A stretch of 64,000 nt of DNA. It comes from Oopsacas minuta. Lineage: Eukaryota; Animalia; Porifera. The notes under the pieces were generated by a model. The model did no database searches and was not told the origin of the DNA. It saw nothing but the letters and a program-made list of their open reading frames with translations. Within the stretch, counting starts at the first letter, position 1. Each line of letters begins with the position of its first letter. The stretch spans positions 124,001-188,000 of the forward strand of contig JAKMXF010000345.1 in assembly GCA_024704765.1 (NCBI GenBank), read 5' to 3'. Both the position numbers and the translations under genes were made by a program. Of this stretch, positions 60,027 to 64,000 are shown in pieces.

Positions 60027-63000
60027 TTAGATTGTAGTTGAACAGTACTCATTGACTAGAGCGAAGCAAGATAGGAAATGATTCTAAAATAGAGAATAAA
60101 AGTAAATGGAATGTAATCCTATTAATATAATAATCCCTCGATTCAAGGTTTTACGAATATCAATACGTCGGGGATATCTCAGTTATTGATAAATAATGCT
60201 ATATTTGTTTTAAATATCGAAAATATTGGGAAAAATGAGAATTATCGGAAATTGTTTTTCGATATTTCCGACATTTTTCGAAAATCCCGATACCGATAAT
60301 TCCGATAAATATCCGAATTTCCGATAGTTTTGATATTCTTCCAACTCGATATATGTATATCGATGTAATTCCTTCCTAGACTTACCAAGGTAGGCACGAA
60401 GTGCATCCTCTCGCTCCTCAATCCTTTGATAACATGGAAGATATCAATAGCATCTTTATTGTTAATATGCTCAATAATCTTGTAGGTAGTCAGCAATACT
60501 CCTGTACGTCCTATACCATCACTACAATGGACTATTATGGGTAAATTCGGGTTTTCTTGCCTGTACTTTTGCATAGTCTGTATCAGTAAAAGAATACTTT
60601 TAATATCTGTAGCTTCGCCTTTGTCGTTCCAAGCTAGTAATATTAACTGCGTAACGGAATGCGACATACCATCTTCATTGTTTTCTATGATCAAACTTTG
60701 CTTTATTATAGTAGAGACTTTCTCAGAGTGCGTATTCCTGACTGTAAATGGGTTGATATGAGTGCATTCATCTGTTTTGCCCCAATAAGAGGCACGTTTT
60801 GACCTTTTCCCTTCGATTTCACCCTTTTCCTTTCTCGTAGTTAGCATTATAACTAGAGACGAGGCTGTTTGTGTTACCATTTGAAGGAAATCGGCCATTG
60901 TGTGTGTATTTGGGTGCACAGTCGCAATAAAATTTAAATTCGAAATGTATGACGCGTTTATATAATCGTTCATGTCGGTCAATGGAATCAAGACAACGCG
61001 GTTATCGTCGTATGGAACGATTTTAGCGACAGGGTTCTTTTTCGCATTTTGAGGATCACTTCCTGTTTCGTATGGTAACTCAATTATTTCATCAGTTTGG
61101 AAGTTGAGCTCGTTAAATTGTTGGTAGAGAATAGATTCATAACCTTCGATATCCGTTTCTAGATATTGCTTGTATGTAGATGTGAATTCGCTTGCTTCGA
61201 TTGACGTATCTTGGAAGAGAAGCTCTGAAACTGAAAGATAAATGAATTTATATTGGCGAAAGGTTTGCACCATTTGTGGACGACTTTCCCTCATCTCGTA
61301 GACAACTTTGTATATGCTTATAGGTTGTGATTTTTCAATAGCAGATAGGATATTGAATAGTGTTATGAAAGTCCCAGTTCGACCCACCCCCGCGGAACAG
61401 TGCACTAGTATATGGGATTTGGTATCTTTGACGTCATTATGGACTTTTTGTGTGAAATTTAGGAGTTCATCGTAGACGATTGGTACATCCTGATCAGGCC
61501 AGGCTGTGAAATGGAAATGCTTGATTTTCTGTGTTTTCTCCCCGTTGCTGGCTTGGAAAATCCTCACAATATATCCGAGGAATGTTTCCGCGTGGATTTG
61601 CTGGATTTTGAATTTCCCAAACTGCTCAGGTGTCCGACTATCTAACGGAAAATACATCTCACATTTCTTTCGATTGCCTTCAATAATATTCGAAAGCATA
61701 ACAATATTCGTGACGTCACTCTCCATGATCATTCGCCAGAAATCTACAACAGTTTCCTCCTTAGGCGCCTGAGCTGCAATGAATTTCTCCGTACAATACA
61801 ACCCTGGTATATAGCTAGCGTTTATGTACGTAGTCATGTAATCACCGTCTAACGGTGTAAGTATAACACGTGATTTGTCATATGGGAAAATCATTTTGTA
61901 TTTATTCTTTTGCTTGTTGTGGGCCATTACCGCGTTTTCGCAGGGATATTTTAATGTTACACCACCCAAACTCTTAAATTCTTCTTCAAATAAACCAGTG
62001 TTTTTTATGAGTTTTGTTAGATGCTGTTTGTATAGGTCTAGTTTAATCGGTTCCATTTTGGGGTCTACGAATTCTGTGATATCTTCATAGTACAATTTCA
62101 TTTTGGGCTGCGATTTACTTGGCAAGTTGATGTAGTTTGAAGAGTATATTGATTCTGGGATTTCTATGTTCGAATCTTCCAAAGTTTCCATCAATTCTTT
62201 TTCAGTTATGTCAATTCCTGGAATCACGTCTTTCAAAAATTCATAGTTCTTTCTATCATTTTTCTGTTTACACTGCCTTACGCTTGGAGGGGGAATTGCT
62301 GCAGTTAGACTGTTAGAGTATTTGATTTTGCTTAAGTATTGATATTCCTTGGGTTTTCTCTTGCGTATACAGATTATAATAATAATAAATATTATTATTA
62401 TCATGACTATGATACAGGCTGTGAGAACTACAAAACCAACAACTGCTCCGATTGCGATTACTGTTATTGAAATTCCTTCTGGAGTTAGCGTACTATTTGT
62501 TTGTATCATTGATACTGATACACTTTCTGTTGTACCTACAGATTTTGAAGCAGATATGTATACAGTAGACTCCAGCTTAATAGAGCGACCGGTTGGTCAC
62601 TTTGCCAGATACAGAACCATACAAATAGTGTTAAATTACTCCTATTAATTGGATCAATATGTCCTGGTCCCGATGTGACCTTATTAAGCGAAGTATACTG
62701 TAATTATTTATGTGGAACTATCATTTGATTTGGAATTTTGAAGCGAAAATGCCTTAGAAATTTTACGAAATTTTTTGTTGTTGTTAATGAAGAGGATTAT
62801 CTAGCTACCTGTTGTTGCTGGTATAGTAGTCTGGGCTCCCGTAGTAGTTGTAGTGTATATTTGTTCAGCTCCACCGCTCGTGACATGACATCTATACGAT
62901 CCATTCTTATTAATTGCCAATTCGCTGATTCCATTTTCGCTAGTATCGGCATTCATAGAGTTCCATACATTACTTCTTGTAGCTTTATACTCCCATGAGA

Positions 63001-63595
63001 TTGTTCTATTACTCTGAGGATATGTATCAGTTCTACAGGCTAGAATTGTAGGTAATATACTACTGTTAGTGATGGCGTCATTGGTGATGGTTTGATATTG
63101 CTCATTTTCTCTGATAGCAAATGCACTACCTACGAACAAAACTAACTTAAGCTAGAGTCCTAATTAGCTAATTCTAGATTAGTTTTGTGTACTTATTAAG
63201 TTATTACAGTATTCAAGATCATCGAATGTTCATGACATTACTTACCTGGTTTTCTACAAATGCGGTGTATGTCCATACTACTACTACAAGGGGCAGATCT
63301 CCATGCACCATAACCATTAATCCCAATACATCCGTCTGGATCGTTTATTATAGGCACCTTGGTATATGTTAGTGGATTACCATCTTCCCAATTTGATAAT
63401 TCATTGTAACTCGAATAATTCAATCCAATCCATGCAAGTGTACCCAATGAATTTCCAGGATAATTCTTTACAAGATTTTGTAACATTTCATCCTCATTTT
63501 CTGAATTTATACTTGTTAGATGTCCTCCTCTTGTAATGCAATTTTGTCTAGAATTCTCCCACGAAAGATCAAGCTCTGAGATATAAATGAAACAA
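60027..63595 (-). CDS. Receptor-type protein tyrosine phosphatase: C-type lectin - Ig-like - Ser/Thr stalk - TM - PTP D1 - PTP D2 (5' end beyond the window)
   Basis: Exons on minus: 63595-63246 (CTLD: SWENSRQNC..RGGHLTSI..AWIGL..WEDG..C..W...C), 63129-62809 (Ig-like, C...W...GSYRC), 62535-60386 (TM, D1, D2) and 60083-60027 (NHFLSCFALVNEYCSTTI*). D1 has KNKY, WPD, HCSAGVGRTG and VQT. D2 has HCSDGIGRTG. Confidence 0.88.
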
Positions 63596-63721
63596 CTATT
63601 GTTGTAGAATACATCACAATTAGTTCCAAAATCTAATATTCATAAGAAAATCCACATTATTATTAGAAACGGGTATCTCTCCCATTTTATTTAACTTATT
63701 TACTCAATCCAATATTGTGGT

Positions 63722-63828
63722 TAGCGGTTCCCAAACTGGGCCTATGGAGACTGTGATCAGCATGGGGTTCACAGGATCTGTTAATATTGGTATAGCGGGT
63801 CTACAGGTGAAAGGTTTGGGAACCCCTG
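63722..63828. mobile_element. hAT-like MITE (CAG(G/T/C)GGTTCCCAA...TTGGGAACC(C/A)CTG termini)
   Basis: Inverted ends agcggttcccaaac / gtttgggaacccctg. Related termini at about 5944, 50795-50815 and 51245. No clear 8-bp TSD seen. Confidence 0.5.
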
Positions 63829-64000
63829 ATGATAGAATAATCCCTTACCTATACTTAGTGCAGAACATCTTAACACACAAATAATCTCCAAGATAAATAC
63901 AAAATGAATCTTACTGAAATACATTGTCAATGTTGAAAATTCTATCTTTTCTCTCTCAAACAATTTCTTCCATAATTTATACTCTCAAACTCGGATAATT

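Noticed and set aside
1-64000. rRNA, tRNA, prokaryotic operons or defence systems
   Set aside because: No recognisable rRNA or tRNA sequence was found by eye (a tRNAscan or Infernal run would be decisive). Gene structure is spliceosomal throughout.

Overview
AT-rich, compact, intron-containing animal genomic DNA (GT-AG introns, short intergenic gaps, many short TIR elements). The style suggests an early-branching metazoan such as a sponge, but that is inference only. Gene order: 3' end of USP9X/FAF (+); OSBPL3/6/7-type lipid transfer protein (+); intronless LRR-EGF surface gene split by one in-frame TAA (-); a 9-exon gene fusing a histone H3 N-terminal tail, a vWA domain and a histone-H1-like basic tail (+); PPAN (+); AGA (+); six tandem intronless ephrin-like single-pass genes (+); DNA polymerase lambda (+); four tandem coiled-coil genes with HOIP/SPATA2-type PUB-like domains and/or NZF zinc fingers, one with three PUB-like repeats (+); Slingshot phosphatase (+); and a C-type lectin/Ig-like receptor tyrosine phosphatase running off the right end (-). 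The strongest candidates for undescribed biology are the H3-tail/vWA/H1-like fusion, the CC-PUB-NZF cluster and the ephrin-like array with domain-limited homogenisation. Exon models were assembled by hand from splice signals and phase matching. Family calls rest on recalled motifs, not on database searches.
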